From NCBI GenBank assembly GCA_963806225.1, contig CAWDXG010000004.1, positions 3,264,001 to 3,328,000 of the forward strand: DNA of 64,000 nucleotides, given 5' to 3'. Position numbers and translations under genes: made by a program. Within the stretch, counting starts at the first letter, position 1. The number at the start of each line of letters is the position of its first letter. Shown here piece after piece: positions 37,696 to 47,325 of the stretch. This stretch comes from an uncultured delta proteobacterium. GTDB lineage: Bacteria > Myxococcota_A > Polyangia > Polyangiales > Polyangiaceae. The notes under the pieces are model-generated. The model ran no database searches, had not been told where the DNA came from, and saw nothing but the letters and a program-made list of their open reading frames with translations.

Positions 37696-39363
37696 ATGGC
37701 GCGTGACATCGTGAAGGGCTTTCCGTCGACGTCCAACGACGACTACCAGCTGAACACCAGCTCGTTCATCCGCGGCGCGGCGCGCACCTACCCCGAGGTG
37801 GAAGTCGTCTCGCGCCGCATCGACGGCAGCATGTTCCGCTACACCTACGCCGAGGCGCACCGGCGTATGCAGCAGCTGGCCAATGCGCTGGTCAAGCTCG
37901 GCGTCCAGGCGGGGGATCGGGTGGCGGTGGTGGAGTGGAACACGCACCGCTACTGGGAGCTGTACCAGGCCATCTCGGGCATCGGCGCCGTGATCGTGCA
38001 GGTGAACCTGCGCGTGTCGAGCGACGAGAAGGCCTACGTCATCAACCACAGCAAGCCGACGTTCCTGTTCGTGGCGGACACGCTGCTGCCACTCGTCGAG
38101 CCGATCGCCGATCAGCTTCCGACAGTGAAGGGCTACGGCATCATCACCGACAAGGATCTCGGCGACGTGAAGACGCGCCTCGCGCCGGTGCACAGCTACG
38201 AAGCGCTGCTCGCCGCCGAAAAGCCGGAGTTCGACTGGCCGATGATCGACGAGACCTCGGCCTACGCGGCCTGCTACACGTCGGGCACGACGGGGCGGCC
38301 GAAGGGCGTCTACTACTCGCACCGCTGCATCTACCTGCACACAGCGATGATGTCGCTGACCTTGCAGCTGTCGAACCGCGACGTCCTGATGCAGACGGTC
38401 CCGATGTTCCACGCCAACGGCTGGGGCCTGTTCTTCGGGGCGTGCATGGTCGGCGCGAAGCTGGTGTTCCCCGGCATGTTCACCGCGGACAAGCTCGAGC
38501 CCCTGGTGGACCTGATGGTGAGCGAGAAGGTCACCGTCAACGAGGGCGCGCCGGCGATCTTCCTGCCGATGCTCGAATACCTGCGCTCGCTGCCCGAAAA
38601 GCCGCACTTCGAGAACCTGCGCATGGTCTCGGGCGCGACCGAGCCGCCGCTGGCGATGATGAAAGGCTATGCCGAGTTCGGCGCGGAGATCATCCACGCC
38701 TACGGCGCAACGGAAACCACTCCACTGGTGACCTGCAACATCGAGAAGGCGTCGCTGGCAGGGCTCTCCGAGGACGAGCGCTGGGACCTGAAGAAGCGCC
38801 AGGGGCTGCCCATGACGGGGCTGGACATGAAGATCGTCGGCATGAACGGCGAGGAGATCCCGCCGGGCAGCGGCGAGTCCGGCGAGATCCTGATCCGCGG
38901 GCCCTGGATCACGCGCTCCTACCACGACGCTCCGGAGATGACCGGCGCGTTCACCCAGGACGGCTACTGGAAGAGCGGCGACGCCGGCTACCTCGATAAA
39001 GACGGCTACCTGAAGCTCACCGATCGCTTCAAGGACATCATCAAGAGCGGCGGCGAGTGGATCTCGTCCATCGATCTCGAAAACGCCATCATGGCCCACC
39101 CCGCCGTGGCGGAAGCCGCGGTGGTCGGCATCGAGCACCCCAAGTGGCAGGAGCGACCGCTGGCGCTGGTCGTGCTCAGGTCGGGCAGCGGCGAGGTAAC
39201 GAAGGACGACATCCTGGCTTCCCTCGGCGACCGCTTCGCCAAGTGGCAGCTGCCCGACGAGGTGCTGTTCGTGAAGGAAATACCGAAGACCAGCGTCGGC
39301 AAGTTCTCGAAGAAGACGATCCGCACCCAGTACGCCGACTTCTACACGCGCCCGGAGCGCTGA
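37696..39363 (+). CDS. Fatty-acid--CoA ligase (AlkK/DmdB-like)
   Basis: YTSGTTGRPKG, YGATET, DRFKDIIKSGGEWISS, KTSVGK. Confidence 0.92.
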   Translation: MARDIVKGFPSTSNDDYQLNTSSFIRGAARTYPEVEVVSRRIDGSMFRYTYAEAHRRMQQLANALVKLGVQAGDRVAVVEWNTHRYWELYQAISGIGAVIVQVNLRVSSDEKAYVINHSKPTFLFVADTLLPLVEPIADQLPTVKGYGIITDKDLGDVKTRLAPVHSYEALLAAEKPEFDWPMIDETSAYAACYTSGTTGRPKGVYYSHRCIYLHTAMMSLTLQLSNRDVLMQTVPMFHANGWGLFFGACMVGAKLVFPGMFTADKLEPLVDLMVSEKVTVNEGAPAIFLPMLEYLRSLPEKPHFENLRMVSGATEPPLAMMKGYAEFGAEIIHAYGATETTPLVTCNIEKASLAGLSEDERWDLKKRQGLPMTGLDMKIVGMNGEEIPPGSGESGEILIRGPWITRSYHDAPEMTGAFTQDGYWKSGDAGYLDKDGYLKLTDRFKDIIKSGGEWISSIDLENAIMAHPAVAEAAVVGIEHPKWQERPLALVVLRSGSGEVTKDDILASLGDRFAKWQLPDEVLFVKEIPKTSVGKFSKKTIRTQYADFYTRPER

Positions 39364-39497
39364 GCGCGCGCAGAATCCGCTGCGCGGCGATGGCAGACAG
39401 CACCGGATCGGCCGCAGAGTCGAGCGTCAGGCCGCGCCGTGGAAGCCTGGTGAAGCTCACCGCGCGCTGGTAGCATGCGCCTCGGAGGGTTCTCGAC

Positions 39498-42400
39498 ATG
39501 AAGCTTCGCTTGCTCCCGCTTGTCCTGCTCGCCGTCGTCGTAGGATGCAGTACCGGTGGGCCGTCGGCGCCGAGCGATGCGCCGGACGCAGCCGCCTCCG
39601 CGCTGGCCTCGCTCGTCGTCCACGCCACCGGGCACCCCACACTCCGGGGCATAGTGAACCCGCGAGAGCGCGCCGCGCGGATCTGCGCCGTCCAGAGCCA
39701 CCCTGGACCCGGCTTCAAGCTGACGATGCACGGCGACCAGGCGCGCTTCCACGCGCTCGGTTTCGGGCTGGAGGGCGGCCCGGCAGTGACAGCGCGGGCG
39801 CAACAGGAAAACCGCGTGGAGCTCCGGCGCGGGCCCGGGCTGACCGAGTGGTACCAGCGTGGGCCACTCGGACTCGAGCAGGGCTTCAACGTGAAGAAGG
39901 GCGGCGCGGAGATCGCGCTCCACGTTGCGGTCACGGGCGCCACGCCGGTACAGGCCGGCGATGACGAGATCGCGCTCGTCGAGGGAACGCGGATCGCCGC
40001 GCGCTATGGCGAGGCCTATGCGACCGATGCGACGGGGCGGCGGCTCGGCGTCAAGCTGGTCGCGGAAGAGGCCGGGATCGAGATCCGGGTCGCGACGGAC
40101 AACGCAGTGTTTCCGGTGGCCATCGATCCGCTGGTGTGGTCCCAGCAGGCGAAGCTCGTGGCGAACGACGGCGCGCAGGGCGATTGGTTTGGAGTCGCTG
40201 TCGGGCTCTCCGGCAACACCGCGCTCGTCGGCGCGTACCAGAAGAGCAGCGGCGCGGCCTACGTCTTCGTCCGCTCGGGCACCACCTGGACCCAGCAACA
40301 GGAGCTCACGGCGAGCGGCAGCTCGGAGCTCGGCTACTCGGCTGCGCTCTCTGGCGACACCGCGCTCCTCGGTTCCGTGGGGGACAACAGCAGCGTCGGC
40401 GCCGCCTACGTCTTCGTGCGCTCGGGCACTACCTGGACCCAGCAGAAAAAGCTCACGGCGAGCAGCACCGTCTTGTTCGGCGCCTCGGTAGCGGTCGCCA
40501 GCAACACCGCGCTGGTCGGCTCCACTGGGACCAACAGCAACACCGGAGCGGTCTACGTCTTTGTGCGCTCGGGCACCACCTGGACCCAGCAGCAGGAGCT
40601 GACAGCGAGCGACGGCGCAACGAATGACAGGCTCGGCTCCTCCGCCGCGCTTTCGGGCGACACCGCGGTCTCGGGCGCGCCCTACAACAACAGCAACACC
40701 GGCGCGGCCTATGTCTTCGTGCGCTCGGGCACTACCTGGACCCAGCAGCAGAAACTCACGGCTAGCGACGGCGCAGCGAAGGACTACTTCGGCCGCGTTG
40801 CGCTGGATGGCGACACCGCGATCGTCGGCGCCCCGAGCAAGGGCCCAGGCGCGGCCTATGTCTTCGTGCGCTCGGGCACTACCTGGACCCAGCAGAAAAA
40901 GCTCACGGCGAGCGACGGCGCAGCCGGCGACCAGTTCGGCGTCTCGCTCGCGCTCTCCGGCGACACCGCGTTCGTAGGCGCAAGGGGCAACAACAGCTAC
41001 GCCGGCGCGGCCTATGTCTTCGTGCGCTCGGGCACTACCTGGACCCAGCAGAAAAAGCTCCTCGCGAACGACGCCGCGGCCAGCGACCAGTTCGGCTACT
41101 CGGCCGCGCTCTCCGGCAGCACCGCTCTTGTTGGCGCCGCCAGAAAGGCCAGCGACACCGGCGCCGCCTACGTCTTCACCCTGCTGGCGACGAACGGCAG
41201 CACCTGCCCGACCGGCGGTCCCATCGGCTGCATCAGCGGCAAGTGCGCTGACGGTGTGTGCTGCGGGACGACGTGCAACCAGCCCTGTCAGACCTGCTCC
41301 GCAACACCCGGGACCTGCACGGCGGTGAAGAGCGCCAACGACCCGGATACCTGTACAGGAACGAATACCTGCAACGCGAACGGCGCCTGCAAGAAGAAGC
41401 TCGGGCAGACCTGCTCCGCGGCGAGCGACTGCGCCAGCGGCTTCTGCGCGGACGGGTTCTGCTGCAACAGCGCCTGCAACGGTGCGTGCAATCGCTGTGA
41501 CGGCGCGACCCTCGGCTGGGCCAACGGCACGGACGGCACCTGCGCGATCGCCCCCGCAGGCTACGCCGGCGCACCCAGCTGCGGCGCGTATGCGTGCGGC
41601 GGTTCGTCATCGGCGTGTGCCACGTCTTGCACATCGGACAAGACGTGTGGCACCGGCTATTACTGCAACGCCAACGGCAACTGCCTCGCCCAGAAGGCAC
41701 AAGGCGCGACCTGCAGCTCGAGCGCCGACTGCAAGACCGCCGGCTGCCGCGTGTGTGCCACCGGCAACTGCGTCGACAGCGTTTGCTGCGACACGGCCTG
41801 CAACGGCACGTGCCAGGCCTGCAGCGGCGCGAAAAAGGGCTCGGGCGCCGACGGCACCTGCGGCAACATCGCCGACGGCACCGATCCGGACAGCGAGTGC
41901 ACGCCCAACACCTGCCACGCTGGCGTCTGCGCCGCGAGCTGCACGACCAACGCGGACTGCGCGAAGGGGACGGTGTGCGTCGCCGGCGGCTGCATCACGC
42001 CGGCGGCTGACGGCGCGACGTGCCAGAGCAACCTCGAGTGCCAGAACGGCAACTGCGTCGACGGCTACTGCTGCAACACCACCTGCACCGGCCAGTGCGA
42101 GGCCTGCGACGTGGCCGGCAACCTCGGCACGTGCTCGCCCGTCACCGGACAGCCGCACGGCACGACCCGCACGCAGTGCAACGGCGACGGCTCGAAGTGC
42201 AGCGGCAGCTGCAACGGCACGGACCGCACGCAGTGCCAGTACCTGGCCGCCGGCAAGCCGTGCGGCTCGGATTCGTGTTCGAACGGCTCGGCGCAGACTT
42301 CGACGTGCGACGGGCAGGGCACGTGCGCGGCGGAGAAGGCGCAGCCGTGCAGCCCCTACGTCTGCGGCGCGGACGCCTGCCTCGCCACCTGCACCAAGGA

Positions 42401-42785
42401 CACGGACTGCGCGACCGGGTACGAGTGCAAGAGCGGCGCCTGCACGCCCGCCAGCGGCGCCCACTGCTCCACGGACGGAAATAGCTCGATCAAGGCGGAC
42501 GGCACCGTCACGCCGTGCATGGCCTACACCTGCGACCAGAGCTCCGGCGCCTGCAACAAGGTGTGCAGTAACGGCTCGACCGACTGCGCGACGGGCTACG
42601 CCTGCGACCCGACCAGCAAGACCTGCATCGAGACCAGCACAGGCTCCGGCAGCAGCAACAGCTCCGGCGGCTGCGGCTGTCGCGCCGCGGGTGGCAGCCG
42701 CGAGAGCGGCGCGCCCTGGCTGCTGCTGCTCGGGCTGGGACTGCTCGTCGCGCGCCGGCGTGACGCGCAGTCCGGGGCGGAGTAG
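39498..42785 (+). CDS. FG-GAP beta-propeller / Cys-rich surface protein with MYXO-CTERM (paralog)
   Basis: Same architecture as 34385-37447; lipobox VVGC; GGCGC...PWLLLLGLGLLVARRR. Confidence 0.88.
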   Translation: MKLRLLPLVLLAVVVGCSTGGPSAPSDAPDAAASALASLVVHATGHPTLRGIVNPRERAARICAVQSHPGPGFKLTMHGDQARFHALGFGLEGGPAVTARAQQENRVELRRGPGLTEWYQRGPLGLEQGFNVKKGGAEIALHVAVTGATPVQAGDDEIALVEGTRIAARYGEAYATDATGRRLGVKLVAEEAGIEIRVATDNAVFPVAIDPLVWSQQAKLVANDGAQGDWFGVAVGLSGNTALVGAYQKSSGAAYVFVRSGTTWTQQQELTASGSSELGYSAALSGDTALLGSVGDNSSVGAAYVFVRSGTTWTQQKKLTASSTVLFGASVAVASNTALVGSTGTNSNTGAVYVFVRSGTTWTQQQELTASDGATNDRLGSSAALSGDTAVSGAPYNNSNTGAAYVFVRSGTTWTQQQKLTASDGAAKDYFGRVALDGDTAIVGAPSKGPGAAYVFVRSGTTWTQQKKLTASDGAAGDQFGVSLALSGDTAFVGARGNNSYAGAAYVFVRSGTTWTQQKKLLANDAAASDQFGYSAALSGSTALVGAARKASDTGAAYVFTLLATNGSTCPTGGPIGCISGKCADGVCCGTTCNQPCQTCSATPGTCTAVKSANDPDTCTGTNTCNANGACKKKLGQTCSAASDCASGFCADGFCCNSACNGACNRCDGATLGWANGTDGTCAIAPAGYAGAPSCGAYACGGSSSACATSCTSDKTCGTGYYCNANGNCLAQKAQGATCSSSADCKTAGCRVCATGNCVDSVCCDTACNGTCQACSGAKKGSGADGTCGNIADGTDPDSECTPNTCHAGVCAASCTTNADCAKGTVCVAGGCITPAADGATCQSNLECQNGNCVDGYCCNTTCTGQCEACDVAGNLGTCSPVTGQPHGTTRTQCNGDGSKCSGSCNGTDRTQCQYLAAGKPCGSDSCSNGSAQTSTCDGQGTCAAEKAQPCSPYVCGADACLATCTKDTDCATGYECKSGACTPASGAHCSTDGNSSIKADGTVTPCMAYTCDQSSGACNKVCSNGSTDCATGYACDPTSKTCIETSTGSGSSNSSGGCGCRAAGGSRESGAPWLLLLGLGLLVARRRDAQSGAE

Positions 42786-42850
42786 GAAAACTCCTACGCA
42801 AGGATGCCGGCGCTAGCGCGACTCGTTGCCAGACGGCCGCCGCGCGCCGA

Positions 42851-44959
42851 TCACGGCGTCGCCGTACAGACCATGCCGTCGGGCAAGCCCGGCCGATCCA
42901 CGCGGCGGTACAGGACGATCGGGTACGCGTGGAAGTGTTCTAGCTCCGGATCCAGGAAGTCAACGTCGCGCGTGAAATACCGCTTCATGATGGAGTTTTC
43001 TGCCATGAAGCGCGCGCGGAACAGGGAGCGGGGCGCCGACACGATGAAGCGCACCCGGTCGCGGCAGATGCGATTGAAGAAGGTCTCTTCCGTGAGCATC
43101 CCGGACACGAAGCGCTTGGAGTTGGTGTCCACCACGCCACCGGCCATGCGCCGGCCAGCGCGTAGCGCCACGAGGGGCGCGAGATCAGAGGCGCCGGTGA
43201 TCGTCTCGCTGGCTCGCGTGTTCCGGCGGATGTACGCGGCAATGTCATCGACCGTCGAGAACGCCAGCGACTTGTTCCAGACGTAGTGCCGGTAGTAGGG
43301 CGTGACCTTGCCGCGCTCGCGGTGGTCTACGAAAAACAGAGCGCGCGCGGGCGCAGCGAGCCACGCCAAAACCCGCGGCTTGTGCCAGTCGTAGTGCACG
43401 ATCTGGCCCGTCTTCTGTACCTCGCCGGGCCACAGGTCCCGGAGCAGGGAGGCCGCCCAGGCGCCGTGCAGGGAGAAGGCGAGGACGAGCACAGACGGGA
43501 CGGCGAGCTCCTCCCAGGCCCGGGCGTCGCGGACACCCACGTAGGCCTCGTGGAGTACCCACGCTGCAGGCAGCGCCATCAGCGCGAACATTGGAACCAT
43601 GTAGAAGGCGTAGACCTCCGGCAGCGCCGACCACTGGATCAGGAACAGCAGCGTGGAGAGCAGGCCGAGCTTCACGAAGCCCGGTGCATCGCTGGACAGG
43701 AGGTCCCGCGGAGTCAGGAAGTCCTGCCAGCGCTCTTCGTCCTGCCGGTCGGGGCGCCAGCGCGCCCACGCCGCCTTGCCGAGCAAGAGCGCCGCAGCGA
43801 GCGCCGCGGCCAGGTATTCCGGAGCCTGGAAGTAGAGCGTCTTCTTGAAGCCCTTCGAGGCCAGGTAGGCCGGAACGTCGTGCACCAGTGCGCCGAGCAT
43901 CGCGAACGGGTTCGGCGAGCCGAACACCGGAACGTGGTCGCTGCCTCTGGTCGGTTTGGCGAAGTGGTACGCGAAGACACCCTTGAAGAATCCGGCCCCA
44001 CCGATCACGATAAAGGGCAGCGAAACCCCGACGAACCCGGCCAGCACGCCCAGTCCGAAGCGCGCCCCCGCCCTGCGCGACGTGAGGGCCGCCGCGGCGA
44101 GCAGCGCCAGCACGGCCGCGAGCGCGTACAGCCCACTGCCGAGCGCCAGTCCGGCAAGCACGCCCGACAGGAGATAGCGGCGCCGTACGCCCAGAAGCAG
44201 CGCCGCCATCAGGAACGCCGTCATCAGGTTCTCGCCGTTCATGTCGGTCGAACCCATGAGCAGCTCGTACGTGGTGAGCATCACCAGGACCGACAAGAAC
44301 GCCAGACCCCTGGAGGTCCGGCGCAGGGCCAGGTACAGGCACACGGCCGCCGCCAGCTGGGCCATGACCGGAATCGACTTGGCCACCTGCACCGAGAAGC
44401 CCGTCACCGAGAAGATCAGCGCCGGCACCAGCAGGTGCACGGGCGGGTGCGCGAAGAAGAAGTCCCGGTAGGGCAGCTCGCCGTGCGCCATGCGCGCGGC
44501 CATGTAGTAGTAGATGTTCTCGTCCGTGCCCGACGGGTGGATCCCGATCACCTTCAGCAGCACGAACGCGCCGAGCACCAGCACGAGGCCGGCGATCTCG
44601 AGGACGCGATCGGTCGCCAGCTCGGGCGGCAGGCGCCAGCCCTGCCGGCGCCCCTGGTACAGCCACCAGCCCAGCAGCGCGCCGAGATAGAGCGGCCAGT
44701 ACAGCACCGGCGGCAGGAAACCGAGCGGGTGTTGCGGGAAGAAAGGCAGAGCCAGGACCAGGACGGACACAACCGCGAGCCGCCCGACGGCGTCCGGTGC
44801 AGGGGCGTCGGCGGTCTCGTCCGGTTCCGGTTCCGGTTCCGGTTCCGGCTCGCGTACGCGCTTCCGTCTGGAGCCGCGCGCGGACGGGGCCGCCGACTCC
44901 GGCTCCCCGCGGCTCCCTTGCTTCTGGCGCGACTTCCGCTTGCGGCGCTTCTTGCCCAT
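42851..44959 (-). CDS. Polytopic GT-C (ArnT/PMT-like) glycosyltransferase
   Basis: Many TM segments; DENIYYYMA...GELPYRDFFFAHPP loop. Alternative GTG start at 44992. Confidence 0.65.
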   Translation of the reverse strand: MGKKRRKRKSRQKQGSRGEPESAAPSARGSRRKRVREPEPEPEPEPDETADAPAPDAVGRLAVVSVLVLALPFFPQHPLGFLPPVLYWPLYLGALLGWWLYQGRRQGWRLPPELATDRVLEIAGLVLVLGAFVLLKVIGIHPSGTDENIYYYMAARMAHGELPYRDFFFAHPPVHLLVPALIFSVTGFSVQVAKSIPVMAQLAAAVCLYLALRRTSRGLAFLSVLVMLTTYELLMGSTDMNGENLMTAFLMAALLLGVRRRYLLSGVLAGLALGSGLYALAAVLALLAAAALTSRRAGARFGLGVLAGFVGVSLPFIVIGGAGFFKGVFAYHFAKPTRGSDHVPVFGSPNPFAMLGALVHDVPAYLASKGFKKTLYFQAPEYLAAALAAALLLGKAAWARWRPDRQDEERWQDFLTPRDLLSSDAPGFVKLGLLSTLLFLIQWSALPEVYAFYMVPMFALMALPAAWVLHEAYVGVRDARAWEELAVPSVLVLAFSLHGAWAASLLRDLWPGEVQKTGQIVHYDWHKPRVLAWLAAPARALFFVDHRERGKVTPYYRHYVWNKSLAFSTVDDIAAYIRRNTRASETITGASDLAPLVALRAGRRMAGGVVDTNSKRFVSGMLTEETFFNRICRDRVRFIVSAPRSLFRARFMAENSIMKRYFTRDVDFLDPELEHFHAYPIVLYRRVDRPGLPDGMVCTATP

Positions 44960-44995
44960 GATGTCCGCCCGGCGCGCGGGCGGGCTAGACACCGA

Positions 44996-46324
44996 CTAGC
45001 AGAGCGGCACGCAGGTGTCGACGACGGTCCCGTTGACGCACATCGTCGAGCCCGTCGAGGCGCACGCCCCCGTGCCGCAGCTCGTCGTCTGGCTCACGTA
45101 GCCTTCGTCTGTCTGGCCGTTGCAGTTGTTGTCGATCCCGTCGCACGTCGTGTCGCTCGCCGCCGGCGTGCCCGCCGCGCAGCTGTCGGTGACGTGGCCG
45201 TTCACGCAGCTCGTCGTGCCCGTCGAGGCGCACGCCCCCGTGCCGCAGCTCGTCGTCTGGCTCACGTAGCCTTCGTCTGTCTGGCCGTTGCAGTTGTTGT
45301 CGATCCCGTCGCACGTCGTGTCGCTCGTTGAAAGCGGAGTGCCCGCCGCGCAGCTGTCGGTGACGTGGCCGCTCACGCAGCTCGTCGAGCCCGTCGAGGC
45401 GCACGCCCCCGTGCCGCAGCTCGTCGTCTGGCTCACGTAGCCTTCGTCCGTCTGGCCGTTGCAGTTGTTGTCGATCCCGTCGCACGTCGTGTCGCTCGTT
45501 GAAAGCGGAGTGCCCGCCGCGCAGCTGTCGGTGACGTGGCCGCTCACGCAGCTCGTTGTGCCCGTCGAGGCGCACGCCCCCGTGCCGCAGCTCGTCGTCT
45601 GGCTCACGTAGCCTTCGTCTGTCTGGCCGTTGCAGTTGTTGTCGATCCCGTCGCACGTCGTGTCGCTCGTTGAAAGCGGAGTGCCCGCCGCGCAGCTGTC
45701 GGTGACGTGGCCGCTCACGCAACTCGTCGTGCCCGTCGAGGCGCACGCCCCCGTGCCGCAGCTCGTCGTCTGGCTCACGTAGCCTTCGTCTGTCTGGCCG
45801 TTGCAGTTGTTGTCGATCCCGTCGCACGTCGTGTCGCTCGTTGAAAGCGGAGTGCCAGGCATGCAGGTGTCAACCAGCTGGCCTCCGACGCAGGCCATCG
45901 TGCCGGTCGACGCGCAGACTCCGGTACCGCACGCGGTCGGCTGGCCCGCGAGCCCGCCGTCGCACCCGGCGTCGCCTGAATCAGTTGAGGCGTCCTGTGC
46001 GTCGGTGGCAGCGTCCTGTGCGTCGGTCGCAGCGTCCTGTGCGTTGTAGCCCGCGTCCTGTGCGTCGGTGGCAGCGTCCTGTGCGTCGTAGCCCGCGTCC
46101 TGCGCTCCACCGTAGCCGCCGTAGCCGCCCACGGCGCCGCCGTAGCCGCCCACAGCGCCGCCGTAGCCGCCCACAGCGCCGCCGTAGCCGCCCTGCAGAC
46201 CAGCGTCGCCCAGGGAGCCCCCGCTCCCGATCTGCACGGTGCAGCCCGCGCCGCATGCGAGAAGAAGAACGGACAGACCCAACGGCCCAAGCGTCCACTT
46301 CGAAGAAAGATCGGAACGCAACAT
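44996..46324 (-). CDS. Lipoprotein with five CDGIDNNCNGQTDEG (putative metal-binding, MopE-like) repeats
   Basis: Lipobox-like GAGC; GGYGGAV and AQDAATD heptad repeats; 57-aa Cys/Thr units. Confidence 0.82.
   Translation of the reverse strand: MLRSDLSSKWTLGPLGLSVLLLACGAGCTVQIGSGGSLGDAGLQGGYGGAVGGYGGAVGGYGGAVGGYGGYGGAQDAGYDAQDAATDAQDAGYNAQDAATDAQDAATDAQDASTDSGDAGCDGGLAGQPTACGTGVCASTGTMACVGGQLVDTCMPGTPLSTSDTTCDGIDNNCNGQTDEGYVSQTTSCGTGACASTGTTSCVSGHVTDSCAAGTPLSTSDTTCDGIDNNCNGQTDEGYVSQTTSCGTGACASTGTTSCVSGHVTDSCAAGTPLSTSDTTCDGIDNNCNGQTDEGYVSQTTSCGTGACASTGSTSCVSGHVTDSCAAGTPLSTSDTTCDGIDNNCNGQTDEGYVSQTTSCGTGACASTGTTSCVNGHVTDSCAAGTPAASDTTCDGIDNNCNGQTDEGYVSQTTSCGTGACASTGSTMCVNGTVVDTCVPLC
45010..45860. 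repeat. Five near-identical 168-171 bp intragenic tandem repeats
   Basis: Marker GCACGCCCCCGTGCCGCAG at 45062, 45230, 45401, 45572, 45743. Confidence 0.92.
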
Positions 46325-46461
46325 GACAGGAAAGCTCGACACGCTAGCGCTGGATTGTCAACCGCGCGGACGCCCGGGCCAGCCGCTGTCCGGATAAGCT
46401 TCCACAAGGATGACGGCAGCTTCTGGTCGGCCGGCCGCCGTCCTGACGGGCTACGCTACGC

Positions 46462-47316
46462 TCACGGCAGCGCCCAGTCGACGCGATGCGCCTCGTACAC
46501 CGGCTTCGGCAGCTGCACGATCACGGGCTGCCGCGCCGGATCGAGCCAGCCGAGCACGGTCTTGATCCGGCTCTCCTCGCCAGCGGTGCATCCAACGGTG
46601 GAGCTCGCAGGGCCGCTCCACAGGTGCAGGAAGATGCACGAGCCCGCGCCGGGCTTTGGCGGAGCGCTGTTGTGATCGATGAAGAGCCCCCAGCGATACA
46701 GCGCGTCCGTCCGCAACATGTGCTCGGAGCTGTTCCAGTCGACGTTGGCGACGCTGCTCTTGTGGACGAGCGTGTTGTAGTGCGACGAAGCCGGATCGTC
46801 GACGCACTCCAGGTCGCTCGTCGCCTGCACGTACGGGAGCTTCAACCACGTCGCATCCGACGGCGCGGCGTAGCCGAACGCGGTGCTCACGGAGAACACG
46901 CCCGCCGGCGAGCAACCGTCGCCCTCGTGCTTTACCGGCCCGGGCTCGCCCGCGTGTGGAGCGAGCCCGATGCCCCACGCCAGCCCGCTTTTGCCGAGCA
47001 CGACAGGAACCGCGACGCCGACGGGCTTCCAGGCTGCGCCCGCGCGCTCGTATCGGCGGAGCGTCGCGGGCACGCTGCTCCACGCCGCGGAGATCACGGT
47101 CACGAGCTCGGTCGTGCTCGCACCGATGGGCGAGGCCGTCGCGCCGCCGCTACCGCCCGCGCCGCTACCGCCCGCGCCGCTACCGCCCGCGCCGCCGCTG
47201 CCCGCCGCGGCGCTGGCGCCCGCTGCGGCGGGACTGTCGACATGACCCTTCGTCGAGCAGCCCGCCGCGACGAACAGGACCGCACAGAAAGCGGCTCTCC
47301 TCGGCGTCGGCCCCAC
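46462..47316 (-). CDS. L,D-transpeptidase (YkuD)-family lipoprotein
   Basis: Lipobox AAGC; KHEGDGCSPAG, GSCIFLHLW...TVGC with His and Cys intact. Confidence 0.8.
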   Translation of the reverse strand: MGPTPRRAAFCAVLFVAAGCSTKGHVDSPAAAGASAAAGSGGAGGSGAGGSGAGGSGGATASPIGASTTELVTVISAAWSSVPATLRRYERAGAAWKPVGVAVPVVLGKSGLAWGIGLAPHAGEPGPVKHEGDGCSPAGVFSVSTAFGYAAPSDATWLKLPYVQATSDLECVDDPASSHYNTLVHKSSVANVDWNSSEHMLRTDALYRWGLFIDHNSAPPKPGAGSCIFLHLWSGPASSTVGCTAGEESRIKTVLGWLDPARQPVIVQLPKPVYEAHRVDWALP

Positions 47317-47325
47317 CCGACAATC

